A stretch of 64,000 nucleotides of DNA from Eledone cirrhosa (taxonomy: Eukaryota): positions 26,536,001 through 26,600,000 of the forward strand of contig OZ024747.1 in the NCBI GenBank assembly GCA_964016885.1. Direction: 5' to 3'. The notes under the pieces were generated by a model. The model did not search any database. It was not told the origin of the DNA and saw only the letters and a program-made list of their open reading frames with translations. Shown here piece by piece: positions 63,760-64,000 of the stretch; positions within the stretch are counted from its first letter, which is position 1, and each line of letters begins with the position of its first letter. The translations under genes and the position numbers were made by a program.

Positions 63760-64000
63760 CTGTAAATTCAGAAAGACGGCGATCCACTTGAGGCAGGATT
63801 ACCGTCAGGTAAGTCGGCTATTGCAACAGGTGGCTGAGGCTAATTTTCACGGGTCGTGGTTGAGGCACTGTTCAGAATGGGGTGTAGTATCTGTACCCCA
63901 GTCTCGCTTTCTTTCAATGCTTAATCTTTATTTCTTTTTTTTCTTTTCATTTCCCTTCTTTTTTTTTCTTGTTCGTATTATTAACATATACCAAGACGGT

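Overview
This is eukaryotic, repeat-saturated genomic DNA. The SINE families and microsatellite load suggest a coleoid cephalopod such as octopus (inference, not checked against a database). No complete host gene is visible; there is one candidate minus-strand exon at 63613-63759. The window holds four co-oriented (minus-strand) two-ORF non-LTR retrotransposons of L1/Tx1 type from three subfamilies: 1-4250 (cut by the window edge), 4371-10072, 37152-42854 and 50466-56133. Each has a CCHC-knuckle ORF1 and an APE endonuclease-RT ORF2 (C-terminal CCHC visible in copies 2-4). The visible ends abut GATA-containing simple repeats and the visible 3' ends have no poly(A). A ~23 kb 45-bp minisatellite with nested higher-order duplications (12772-35930) explains all the giant plus-strand ORFs. 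The rest is tRNA-SINEs, CRE, RTE and Tc1/mariner fragments, MITEs and (TA)n-embedded fold-back elements with hammerhead-like motifs (Penelope-like). The most interesting signal is that ORF2 of these LINEs is bracketed by a conserved donor-like AG|GTAAGT near the end of ORF1 and an acceptor-like pyrimidine tract-TAG|G at the ORF2 stop codon. This suggests an ORF1-only spliced mRNA. The youngest subfamily also has ATA in place of the ORF2 ATG, and the family appears to target (GATA)n.
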